NCBI GenBank assembly: GCA_014727975.1
Contig: WJMK01000014.1
Span: forward strand, 2,558 to 66,557
Source: Candidatus Micrarchaeota archaeon
Lineage (GTDB): Archaea; Micrarchaeota; Micrarchaeia; Anstonellales; Bilamarchaeaceae
Length of the DNA stretch: 64,000 nt
Direction: 5' to 3'
Shown here: in pieces, positions 51,460 to 59,339 of the stretch
Numbering within the stretch: position 1 is the stretch's first letter
How the letters are laid out: the number at the start of each line of letters is the position of its first letter
Notes under the pieces: model-generated
Seen by the model: only the letters and a program-made list of their open reading frames with translations
What the model was told of the DNA's origin: nothing
Database searches by the model: none
Made by a program: the position numbers and the translations under genes

Positions 51460-52851
51460 TCATTTTATTTTCCATCTTGGTCCTTTATCAGTATCTTCAA
51501 GCAATATGCCCATCTGGGCAAGCTTGTCCCTTATTTCATCCGCCAGCTTGAAATTCTTTTCCTTCCTGGCATTTTCCCTTTCCTGGACAAGGGATTCGAT
51601 TTCTTTTTCTTTTTCCGGGCTGATTTTCTTTTCCTCTTTTTCAAGCCCGAGCACCCACATCATCTTCCTGAAATCCTCTTTTGCTTCTGCAATTGCGGGG
51701 TAATCTGGATGTTCCTTCCTCATTTCTGAGAAACACTCGGTCATTATCCCGAACATGTAGGAGAGTGCGGCAGGGGTGTCAAAATCATCATCCATTGCCT
51801 TGTAGAAGCCGTCCACTTCATCCTGGAGCTTCTTCCTGAGTTCCTGGTTTTCGGCGCCTCCTGTAGCGGGAAGCTCATCCGCATGCTCCAGGAAATTGAA
51901 CATCCTTTCCGCGGTTGTTTGTGCGGAGGAGATGTTTTCTTCGCTGTAGTTTACCGGGCTCCTGTAGTGGCTGTGCAGGAAAAACAGCCTCAGTGCGTAA
52001 GGGGGGTATTTTTCCAGCAGGTCCTTCAGGACTATGAAGTTGCCTAAGGATTTGCTCATCTTTTCCCCATTTACCGTGAGGAAACCGGTGTGCATCCAGT
52101 ATTTTACGAATTGTGTGTTGAGGGCGCCCTCTGCCTGCGCAATCTCGTTTTCATGGTGCGGGAATGCAAGGTCCCTTCCTCCTCCATGGATGTCCAGTGT
52201 CCTTCCGTTTGTGTATTTCATTCCCATTGCAGAGCACTCAATGTGCCAGCCAGGCCTCCCCTCTCCCCAGGGGCTATCATACGTAAGCACGTCCGGGCCC
52301 TTTTTCCAAAGCGCGAAATCCGCGGGGTCCTTCTTGGTTTCTTCTATGCTGCACCTTGCCCCGCTCCTGTGGCCCTCGGGTTTCTGCCCTGAAAGCTTTC
52401 CATACTCCTGGAAAGAGGAAACCGAGTAATAGACTCCGGTTTCGGTTTCATATGCATGCCCATTCTCAATAAGCTTCTCTATCATTTCAATTATTTCTTG
52501 TATATGCTCGCTTACCTTCGGGTAATAGTCTGCGGGCAGTATGTTGAGGCGCTTGAACTCCTCCAGGGCTTCAGTATGGAATTTTTCAGAGAGCTCAAGC
52601 GGGCTTTTTCCGCTTTCCCTTGAGCGGTTGAAAATCTTGTCTTCTATATCCGTGATGTTCTGGATGTGGAGGACCTTGAATCCTTTGTGGATTAGGTAGC
52701 GCTTTATCGTGTCCATGGAGATGTAGGTTCTTGCATGGCCAAGGTGCGCATGGTCGTATGGGGTGAGCCCGCACACGTACATGTAGACCTTTCCCTCTTC
52801 TATGGGCTCGAATTCTTCTAGTTTCCTGGAAAGAGAATTGTATACCTTCAC
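51460..52851 (-). CDS. cysS: Cysteinyl-tRNA synthetase
   Basis: YVCGLTPYDHAHLGHARTY (HIGH region), the KMSKSLGN motif, and the Zn-ligand context WHIECS. 463 aa. Confidence 0.95.
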   Translation of the reverse strand: MKVYNSLSRKLEEFEPIEEGKVYMYVCGLTPYDHAHLGHARTYISMDTIKRYLIHKGFKVLHIQNITDIEDKIFNRSRESGKSPLELSEKFHTEALEEFKRLNILPADYYPKVSEHIQEIIEMIEKLIENGHAYETETGVYYSVSSFQEYGKLSGQKPEGHRSGARCSIEETKKDPADFALWKKGPDVLTYDSPWGEGRPGWHIECSAMGMKYTNGRTLDIHGGGRDLAFPHHENEIAQAEGALNTQFVKYWMHTGFLTVNGEKMSKSLGNFIVLKDLLEKYPPYALRLFFLHSHYRSPVNYSEENISSAQTTAERMFNFLEHADELPATGGAENQELRKKLQDEVDGFYKAMDDDFDTPAALSYMFGIMTECFSEMRKEHPDYPAIAEAKEDFRKMMWVLGLEKEEKKISPEKEKEIESLVQERENARKEKNFKLADEIRDKLAQMGILLEDTDKGPRWKIK

Positions 52852-52897
52852 GTTGGAAAATTAGAAAAGAGAATATAAAAAAGGTAGGGTGGGATTC

Positions 52898-55117
52898 TCA
52901 GAGCGCGAATCCTGGGTTTTCTTCAAGAAACGCATCCAAGGAATCCATTACCTGCGCTTCGGTTGGTGCCTTGCCCTTGAATGTATTGCTTATGTGCTTC
53001 AGGGCAAGGTCCCTTGGCTTCACCCTCTCCCCCTCAATAGTTGCCGCCTCCTTTAGTGAAGTTGCAAGCTTGTAAAGTATTCTGCCGCGCTCATCAGGGG
53101 TAAGCCGGGAAAGCACTTTGGACCTTGTAATATATTCGATTGTATCTATAAGCGGAGTTATATCCTTGTTGGTAAGGACCCTTCTTTCGCTCTGCCAGGT
53201 ATCTGTAAAGCTTACCAGGGTTTCAAGCGCTTCTTCATACAAGTTTTGCGGAAGCTCCCTTAGGTCCTTGCTGAATTCCTTTGAGCTCTCGTCCTCAGTG
53301 AGCACCCTGCGCAGGCGTTCATCAGTGGAATCTTCCCAAACATCATTTGCATAGCCCCTGTTCTTGAATGCAGGCGCTTCGATTACAAGGCGCATCTCCT
53401 CTTCGCTCATTGAAGGTTTGAGGTTCTTCACAATGCTGTCTGCTACCTTGTCAAGGTCTCCAGGCTTGTAAACGAACTTGAGGGTTGCGAGAATTTCAGC
53501 TGAGTCCTCTACACTAAATCCTTTTCCGGAGAGGTGGACAAGGAAACCAAGGTCTGCCTGGTATGTGTTAGGCACTCTTGGACGGCCCCCTGAAGGAGCA
53601 TACATAGCCGCAAGAACTTCTGCATATTGGCCCTGCTGCTCCGCGGGTATCGGGACTCTTTCCCTGCCTTTTTTCACCGTGGTTGTGCGTATTGCCTTGC
53701 AGAGGAGCCTGACTTTCTCATCCCTCTCCGTATTAAAACCGGCTTCCTTGAATGCCGCAAAAGGCCTCCTCATCCATGCTTCGGTCATCTTAAATCTTGC
53801 AGGCGGGCTATTGAAAACTGCAGCGATGTCCTTTGGGGATTTTGCATTCTTTGCAAGCGCTTTTGCAAATACCTCAACCTGGGCGGGGTCAACATACTCA
53901 AGAATATCCTGTGCAGTAGAAGCAATCCTGTCCCTTGAAAATTTTTTTGAGGAAAGCGGAAGAAGTGCGTGGATAACAGCAACAGTTTTTCTGAGTTGGG
54001 AGTTATCCGAAGTTCTAATGAACTGCCTTGGGAACTTTGCAAGTATTGAAGCAACTTTTCCCTGCTCTTCTGTAGGAATCCCTGATGTTGAGATTAAAGT
54101 AGAAAGCTCCCCGTATGCAAATTTTGTGGAACCGCTTGCAAAAAGCTCCGCCTCCACTGCAGTTTTCTTTCTCCTGGATTTCACAGCAGGGCGTTCCCCT
54201 TCCTTTGAGCCGCCTGCAAACTTATCTACCATGCAACTTCCGCACTTGCTGAAAAGGAATCCGACTCCGAAAAGGAGCCCTCCCCCAATCAAAACCTTTC
54301 CTGCATTAATCGGGCTGATCCTGGTTGTGATTTTTGCATGTTTTTTCGTATATTCACTTGCGATTTCCTCCCCAAGCTTTGCAGAAGGGTCAAAACCAGT
54401 AAATCTCTTGACTGCCCATTTTGAACCTCCAAGAACATCCGCAAGGTTGGCTTTGGCAACGGTCTTGGCTTTTTCCCAGACCCATCCTCTTATGCCCAGC
54501 CTGCCGGGATATTTGCCCCCCCTCAGCGCATTGAAGCCCCTTCCCGCTTCAAGCAATGCGAGGTTGTCCCCTTTGTTCAGCATGCCTTCTATTGCTGTCC
54601 TTTCAGCCTCTGTGAGGGGCAAGTCCTTAAGCAGGAGTTTCAGGTTCTTTTCCCCTGCAAAATATTTCTCAAGAAAATCAGCATATTGTGCATCACTAAC
54701 ATTCTTTGCGCGGTTTAGCATGCCCACAAGCTCTTCGGAAAGCTTAACCGTGCCTCTTGCTTTGAGCGATTTTGTGATTGAAAGCAGCTCTGCACGCTCT
54801 GCAAGAGTCTGCATAAGCTCCGCCCTGGTAAATGACTTCAATTCGGACTTTGGGTATTTCTCAGGGGGATATACCTCTGCCATGTGCTCCAGGACTTTTT
54901 GTGCCCTGTCCGTTGTTTTTTCCAGCAGTTCCAGGTATTTCCCAGTAGTAAGGTCCCCTGACCTTTCAAGCTTGTTCTGGAATGCACTGGCAATCTTTCC
55001 TAGGACCTGCTCCTGGGAAGGGACTTTAAGTTTGACTTTCTTTGGTGTTTTTCCACTTAACTTGCTATCGCTAACTGTATCAAAATCCATCTGTTTTTGT
55101 CCGCCTTTTCCGCCCAT
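52898..55117 (-). CDS. Large orphan alpha-helical protein (739 aa) with a single central glycine-rich TM segment
   Basis: The ATG at 55117 is preceded by GGTGA and a TATA-like TGATTTATAAATAAG. The sense frame is Lys/Glu/Ala/Leu-rich. Central VLIGGGLLFGVGFLFS. The 551-aa antisense ORF is Ser/Leu/Phe-rich and is rejected. No known motif. Confidence 0.6.
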   Translation of the reverse strand: MGGKGGQKQMDFDTVSDSKLSGKTPKKVKLKVPSQEQVLGKIASAFQNKLERSGDLTTGKYLELLEKTTDRAQKVLEHMAEVYPPEKYPKSELKSFTRAELMQTLAERAELLSITKSLKARGTVKLSEELVGMLNRAKNVSDAQYADFLEKYFAGEKNLKLLLKDLPLTEAERTAIEGMLNKGDNLALLEAGRGFNALRGGKYPGRLGIRGWVWEKAKTVAKANLADVLGGSKWAVKRFTGFDPSAKLGEEIASEYTKKHAKITTRISPINAGKVLIGGGLLFGVGFLFSKCGSCMVDKFAGGSKEGERPAVKSRRKKTAVEAELFASGSTKFAYGELSTLISTSGIPTEEQGKVASILAKFPRQFIRTSDNSQLRKTVAVIHALLPLSSKKFSRDRIASTAQDILEYVDPAQVEVFAKALAKNAKSPKDIAAVFNSPPARFKMTEAWMRRPFAAFKEAGFNTERDEKVRLLCKAIRTTTVKKGRERVPIPAEQQGQYAEVLAAMYAPSGGRPRVPNTYQADLGFLVHLSGKGFSVEDSAEILATLKFVYKPGDLDKVADSIVKNLKPSMSEEEMRLVIEAPAFKNRGYANDVWEDSTDERLRRVLTEDESSKEFSKDLRELPQNLYEEALETLVSFTDTWQSERRVLTNKDITPLIDTIEYITRSKVLSRLTPDERGRILYKLATSLKEAATIEGERVKPRDLALKHISNTFKGKAPTEAQVMDSLDAFLEENPGFAL

Positions 55118-55166
55118 TTTTTCACCATCTTAATATTATTTTAGATTTAATCTTATTTATAAATCA

Positions 55167-58100
55167 TTACTCAGCAGGGAAACCTCCTGTAGCTATCTCT
55201 ATCCTTGCCCGGGTCGCAATATCAATTATCTGCTCTGGGGAGTAATCGGTCCCATCGAGCTTCTGGAAAGCTCTTGCAAGGGTCCACCCAGAGATGTTTC
55301 CTTCCATATCTTTTTCAATAAATGCGCTGAACGCTGCATAAGAAATGTCTGAAGCCCAGTCTGTGCTTCGCCCAAAATTCAATGCGCAATAGTATGATGA
55401 TGCGATATAATCAAGGTAAGCATAGCGCTCATCAGCAGAAACGTTGCGTGACATTGACGCATACGCTTTTGCAAAGCGGTCTGGGCCTTCCCTCAGCAGT
55501 ATTGATCCCATAAAGGAAAATGTACTTACAGGGCTGTGCACCCTGAGCCTGATTCCTGTTTCAGCAAGCAGGGAATCCATGTCTGAAGCAAGCGATGAAA
55601 GCGATTTATCTGTTACTTCCCTCCCCTCCATCATCAGGGCAAGCGAACATGAAAACAGGAAGCGCTTCCTTTTCTCAATGTCCCCTCCGAGCCCAAGCTG
55701 GACTGCAAGCGGGTGCACCCCATCATCCACTTCATCCGAAATCTGGTCTATAAGGGACATTGCGCTGGCTATTTCTCGGCTTTCAAGCTGGGGAACTCCA
55801 AAATCCTCCTGCGGGAATGAAAGCAGAGATGTCACGAATTGCTGCTCTTTTTTTGTAAGCAGCTGGGCAATTTCCTCCGAAAGCTTTTCGTCTTCAATGC
55901 GCTGGAGCTCAGAATAGGCAATAACCCCTACAACTGCAGCGCCTTTTGTGCCATGCGCAGCAACCCGCGCTGCACGGGTCCGGGAAGCGCGCTCAATAAG
56001 CCTTGCTGATTTATCCCAGGCGCCCCTGCCTGCTGCGGCGCCCTTGGAGATGAGCCTCCTTACGCGGGTCCAGCTGCTGTTTATTTCCTTGGAAATTGAA
56101 ACTGCGGCTGCACGGCTTTCCAGCCCAAGGGTTACCTGCACATACTCTGCGCCCACTTTGCCCCTGCTTGCATACACAAGCTCAAGAAGCTGGGCGTTGG
56201 TTTCAGCCTGGAAGGTTTTTGCGCCGGCTTTGCTCGCCATGTCAGCAACCCTCTCATAAAGCCCCTCTGCACTAAGAAGGCTTGCTGCCTTGGCCTGGGC
56301 TGCAGGGACCATTACCCTAAAGTAGCGCGCTGCAGGCGCTGCGCCTGCTTTCAGCACAGAGCCTGCAACCCCAAAAAGTGCAAAATCAAAACCAACCATT
56401 CCCCGTGTAACTTCTGCAAAGCCCTTATTCAGACTTGATAGCGCAATGGAATAATTCCCGTTTTCTATTGCAGTGGATATTTCATTCCATTGGGAAAGTC
56501 CCCCGAATGCAGCATTCATTCCTATCCAGCCGGGAGAATACCCTACTTTCATTGCGCGCGTAGTAATCTGAACTGCCCTGGCCTTTGCAACATCCTTGGC
56601 CTTGAGCGCAATACGCGCAATCCCTGAGGAGTTTGCAATCACCATCGAGGACTTGAGGGGCTTTGAAAGGCGTATTGCCCTGAATGCACCGATTCCTGTG
56701 CGGAGGAATGCAACGCCCCCTATTGCTATATATGCAACATCTGCAGGCACCTCCCAGTAATTTCCCTTTTTTATGTCTTCATACATGAGAATGCTGCTTG
56801 CAAGGGCTGCTCCCCCTCCTGCAATCATTTTTACTGGTGTGCTTATTGCGGCAACCGGACCGCCCCCAAGCCCAAAAAGCATGTATGTTGCGCCAAGGCG
56901 CATGTCCTCAACCGCCTGCTCCAGGTTTCCTGTGCCCGAAAGGTAGCGGTGCATTGCATCCCCTGTAATGAATGCTCCGGCCGATGCAACAATGAAACTT
57001 CCTACTGATGCGCCTGTTTTTGCCCCTGCCCATGCGCCTGCAGGATTCCGGGTTGAAAGAGCGCCCGCAACCCCTCCGACCGCGGTTCCCGCACCGATTA
57101 TCTCCAGGCTGTGCTGGAGCACATAAAGCTTAAGGTAAGAGCTCGTCCTCACGTTCCATGGATTGGTGGAATCTGATGCCTCTTCTTCAAGATGCCTTTC
57201 ACTCAGCACCTGCTCCACTCCTGTGAGCATGGTTTCAAGCTCCCTGGAAAGGGTTTCCAGTTCTGAAGGCAGGAGCACCTTCTCAGCCTTCACTCCCATC
57301 CTGTCAAGCTTGGCAGAGTACTTTTTCTTTTCAGATTTGGTCAGGTCATCCGCATGATTAATGAAACCCTTGAGATAAGAGATGTGCTCCATTGCACGCT
57401 TGCCCAGGAGGCCCATCTCTTCCCGGGATTCTGCGGTGAGCTGGTGCATTGGAATGTGCTTGTGGGTAAGCAGCCTGCCCATCCCGACCGGCTGGGAAGC
57501 GCCGCGTACCTTGGCCTTTAGCGCCTTTTCCCTTCCTTTGAGGTCCACCTTCCATGCAATGCACTCAAGGTGGGCAACAAGCGAAATTGCTTCCTGTACT
57601 GCAGCTTTCTGCCAGCCGCTCAGGCCATCAAAGCCCTCCCGGCTTACCCGCTCGATTCCCCTTTTTGAAAAGCCTTTTATCCTACCAAGCGTGGCATTGA
57701 GCTGGCCGGAGACCTGCTTGTACATGGCAATCTCTATGTTTGAGTAAAGGCCGCGCTCTATCCCGCGCTCAATCTTTTCTATTGCTTCCACTCCTGTGAG
57801 GGCCCGGGTGGCCGTTTTCATCTGCATCTCTGCTGCCATTTTCTGGAGCTTTTTGAGCTTCTCCTGTGCAGGGGTTATTGTCCTGGATGCCATCTCAGAG
57901 ATTCCTTTTCCTTCTCCAAGCCACCTTATGCGGCTGGACATCTCTTTTGCAATTATGCCATAAGTGTCCGAAATTTCCTGCATCAGGCCTGCAAACTTAA
58001 CCTTGCCTTTTGAGAATGCCTCATCAGCAAGCTCTGAATATGCCATCTGCTTGTGCAGTGAAAACTTCAGCTCTTCGAAGCATCCGCTGGCAGTGAGCGT

Positions 58101-58619
58101 CTTGCTTTCATCTCCCAGGGATATTATTTTTTTCAGGCTTGATGCAAGCTCCCCTGCTTCTTCCTTAATGCTCTGGGGGAGGAAGAAAGTATTGGTGATT
58201 ACTGCAATATTCCTATCCTCAAAAATGTGTATATGCATATACGAGGGCTCTTTTTCTGTCTCTTCCCCTGCTGCTTTCCTGTCAATAAGCTCCTGGTTCT
58301 CTTTTGCGTAGTACTCCAGCTCTTCCCTGAAATCATTCCCCTTAGGCGGAAGTGGAATTGCTTCCGATGGCTTTTCGAACTGAAGGAACTCATCGGTTAT
58401 AAGGGGCTTCCTGCCCCAGAGGGTAAGGTAAGTATCATCAGTGGGGTCCGGCTCAACTCTTCCCTGCAGGAGTGCAATACCGGTTTCAAGCATCCTCATT
58501 GATTCAGAAACAGCTTCATCCTCTATAGGAGGGAGTTCTTCCCTGCGTGAGGGGACCTGGTCCAGTGGGCTCTCTGCCTTTGTTTTTTTGCCTTTCTTCA
58601 CCAGGGCGGACTTGACCAT
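55167..58619 (-). CDS. Giant orphan alpha-helical protein (1150 aa) with a central cluster of glycine-zipper hydrophobic segments
   Basis: A TATA-like CATTTATATCG lies about 27 nt upstream of the ATG at 58619. Central region: IIGAGTAVGGVAGAL, GASVGSFIVASAGAFITG, YMLFGLGGGPVAAI, MIAGGGAALASSILM, VAYIAIGGVAFLRTGIGAF, FALFGVAGSVL. No P-loop or other catalytic motif was seen. Confidence 0.6.
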   Translation of the reverse strand: MVKSALVKKGKKTKAESPLDQVPSRREELPPIEDEAVSESMRMLETGIALLQGRVEPDPTDDTYLTLWGRKPLITDEFLQFEKPSEAIPLPPKGNDFREELEYYAKENQELIDRKAAGEETEKEPSYMHIHIFEDRNIAVITNTFFLPQSIKEEAGELASSLKKIISLGDESKTLTASGCFEELKFSLHKQMAYSELADEAFSKGKVKFAGLMQEISDTYGIIAKEMSSRIRWLGEGKGISEMASRTITPAQEKLKKLQKMAAEMQMKTATRALTGVEAIEKIERGIERGLYSNIEIAMYKQVSGQLNATLGRIKGFSKRGIERVSREGFDGLSGWQKAAVQEAISLVAHLECIAWKVDLKGREKALKAKVRGASQPVGMGRLLTHKHIPMHQLTAESREEMGLLGKRAMEHISYLKGFINHADDLTKSEKKKYSAKLDRMGVKAEKVLLPSELETLSRELETMLTGVEQVLSERHLEEEASDSTNPWNVRTSSYLKLYVLQHSLEIIGAGTAVGGVAGALSTRNPAGAWAGAKTGASVGSFIVASAGAFITGDAMHRYLSGTGNLEQAVEDMRLGATYMLFGLGGGPVAAISTPVKMIAGGGAALASSILMYEDIKKGNYWEVPADVAYIAIGGVAFLRTGIGAFRAIRLSKPLKSSMVIANSSGIARIALKAKDVAKARAVQITTRAMKVGYSPGWIGMNAAFGGLSQWNEISTAIENGNYSIALSSLNKGFAEVTRGMVGFDFALFGVAGSVLKAGAAPAARYFRVMVPAAQAKAASLLSAEGLYERVADMASKAGAKTFQAETNAQLLELVYASRGKVGAEYVQVTLGLESRAAAVSISKEINSSWTRVRRLISKGAAAGRGAWDKSARLIERASRTRAARVAAHGTKGAAVVGVIAYSELQRIEDEKLSEEIAQLLTKKEQQFVTSLLSFPQEDFGVPQLESREIASAMSLIDQISDEVDDGVHPLAVQLGLGGDIEKRKRFLFSCSLALMMEGREVTDKSLSSLASDMDSLLAETGIRLRVHSPVSTFSFMGSILLREGPDRFAKAYASMSRNVSADERYAYLDYIASSYYCALNFGRSTDWASDISYAAFSAFIEKDMEGNISGWTLARAFQKLDGTDYSPEQIIDIATRARIEIATGGFPAE

Positions 58620-58742
58620 GAATAAATAGCGTTGTTTAAACGATATAAATGTTTCCTTCTACGCCCCGGGAATATGAATTGCGCAGGACTGTAAAGCTTT
58701 AAAAACATCCTGCTCCAAGTAGGTCCAACTAATGGTGATTTA

Positions 58743-59174
58743 ATGGCTGAAAAGAAACCGGAAAAGAAAGCCGAAGCACCTGCAGCAGGGAAGCCAGTGG
58801 AAAAGAAGCCGGCTGCCCCTCCAACAGGAGGAGGAAATGAAAGCAACCTTCTCGCAGCTGCAGGCTATATTGTAGGGCTGATTGCAATTATCATGTACCT
58901 TGTAAAGAAAGAGGACAAGTTCCTTAGGTTCCACGCAATGCAATCTATCCTGCTCTGGGTGGGTGCATTTGTTGTTGCATTTGTTCTCTGGATTTTAAGC
59001 GCAGTTATCGGAATGGTCCCTGTAATAGGAGTACTCGGGTGTGTATTCGGGTTCCTTGGCCTTGCAATCTGGCTTGTTGCCGTGGTTGCAGCACTTTACT
59101 GCGCATACAAGGCATTTGAGGGGGAAAAATACGAGCTTCCGTACATCGGCCCGATGGCAAGGAAGTACGAGTAA
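58743..59174 (+). CDS. DUF4870-like small membrane protein
   Basis: Lys/Pro/Ala-rich N-terminus, then LLAAAGYIVGLIAIIMYLVKKEDKFLRFHAMQSILLWV and two more TM helices. GGTGA lies 4 nt upstream of the ATG. Confidence 0.55.
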   Translation: MAEKKPEKKAEAPAAGKPVEKKPAAPPTGGGNESNLLAAAGYIVGLIAIIMYLVKKEDKFLRFHAMQSILLWVGAFVVAFVLWILSAVIGMVPVIGVLGCVFGFLGLAIWLVAVVAALYCAYKAFEGEKYELPYIGPMARKYE

Positions 59175-59220
59175 ACTCCTTAATTTTTTCTTCTTTTTCC
59201 TTTTTCTTATTCTTCAGGTA

Positions 59221-59300
59221 AAACACAGAGACCAGCGTAGCACCGTGTTTTTTGGTTCTGTCTTGAGCGCTAGCTCAAGAGAAGAAATCGTTAGATTTCT
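59221..59300. terminator. Series of three hairpins between convergent genes (candidate bidirectional terminator region)
   Basis: AAACAC-N18-GTGTTT followed by a T-run (59221-59254), CTTGAGC-GCTA-GCTCAAG (59262-59279, a variant of the TTGAGC hairpin repeat), and AGAAATC-GTTA-GATTTCT (59283-59300). Confidence 0.45.
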
Positions 59301-59339
59301 CAGACTTTTTGCTTAGCGTAAACCTCCTGTAAAAAGCGA

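Noticed and set aside
53478-55133. A 551-aa ORF on the plus strand, antisense to the 739-aa gene.
   Set aside because: Its translation is Ser/Leu/Phe/Pro-rich low complexity, as expected from the reverse complement of a Lys/Glu/Ala-rich coding frame. It lacks a promoter or SD context. The minus-strand gene has a TATA-like box, an SD and a protein-like composition.
55167-58619. The idea that the 1150-aa protein is a prophage tape-measure protein marking an integrated virus.
   Set aside because: No capsid, portal, terminase, integrase or other virus-like genes flank it, and the neighbours are cysS, a DUF4870-like protein and PolD. The architectural resemblance is kept only as a hypothesis to test in the finding.
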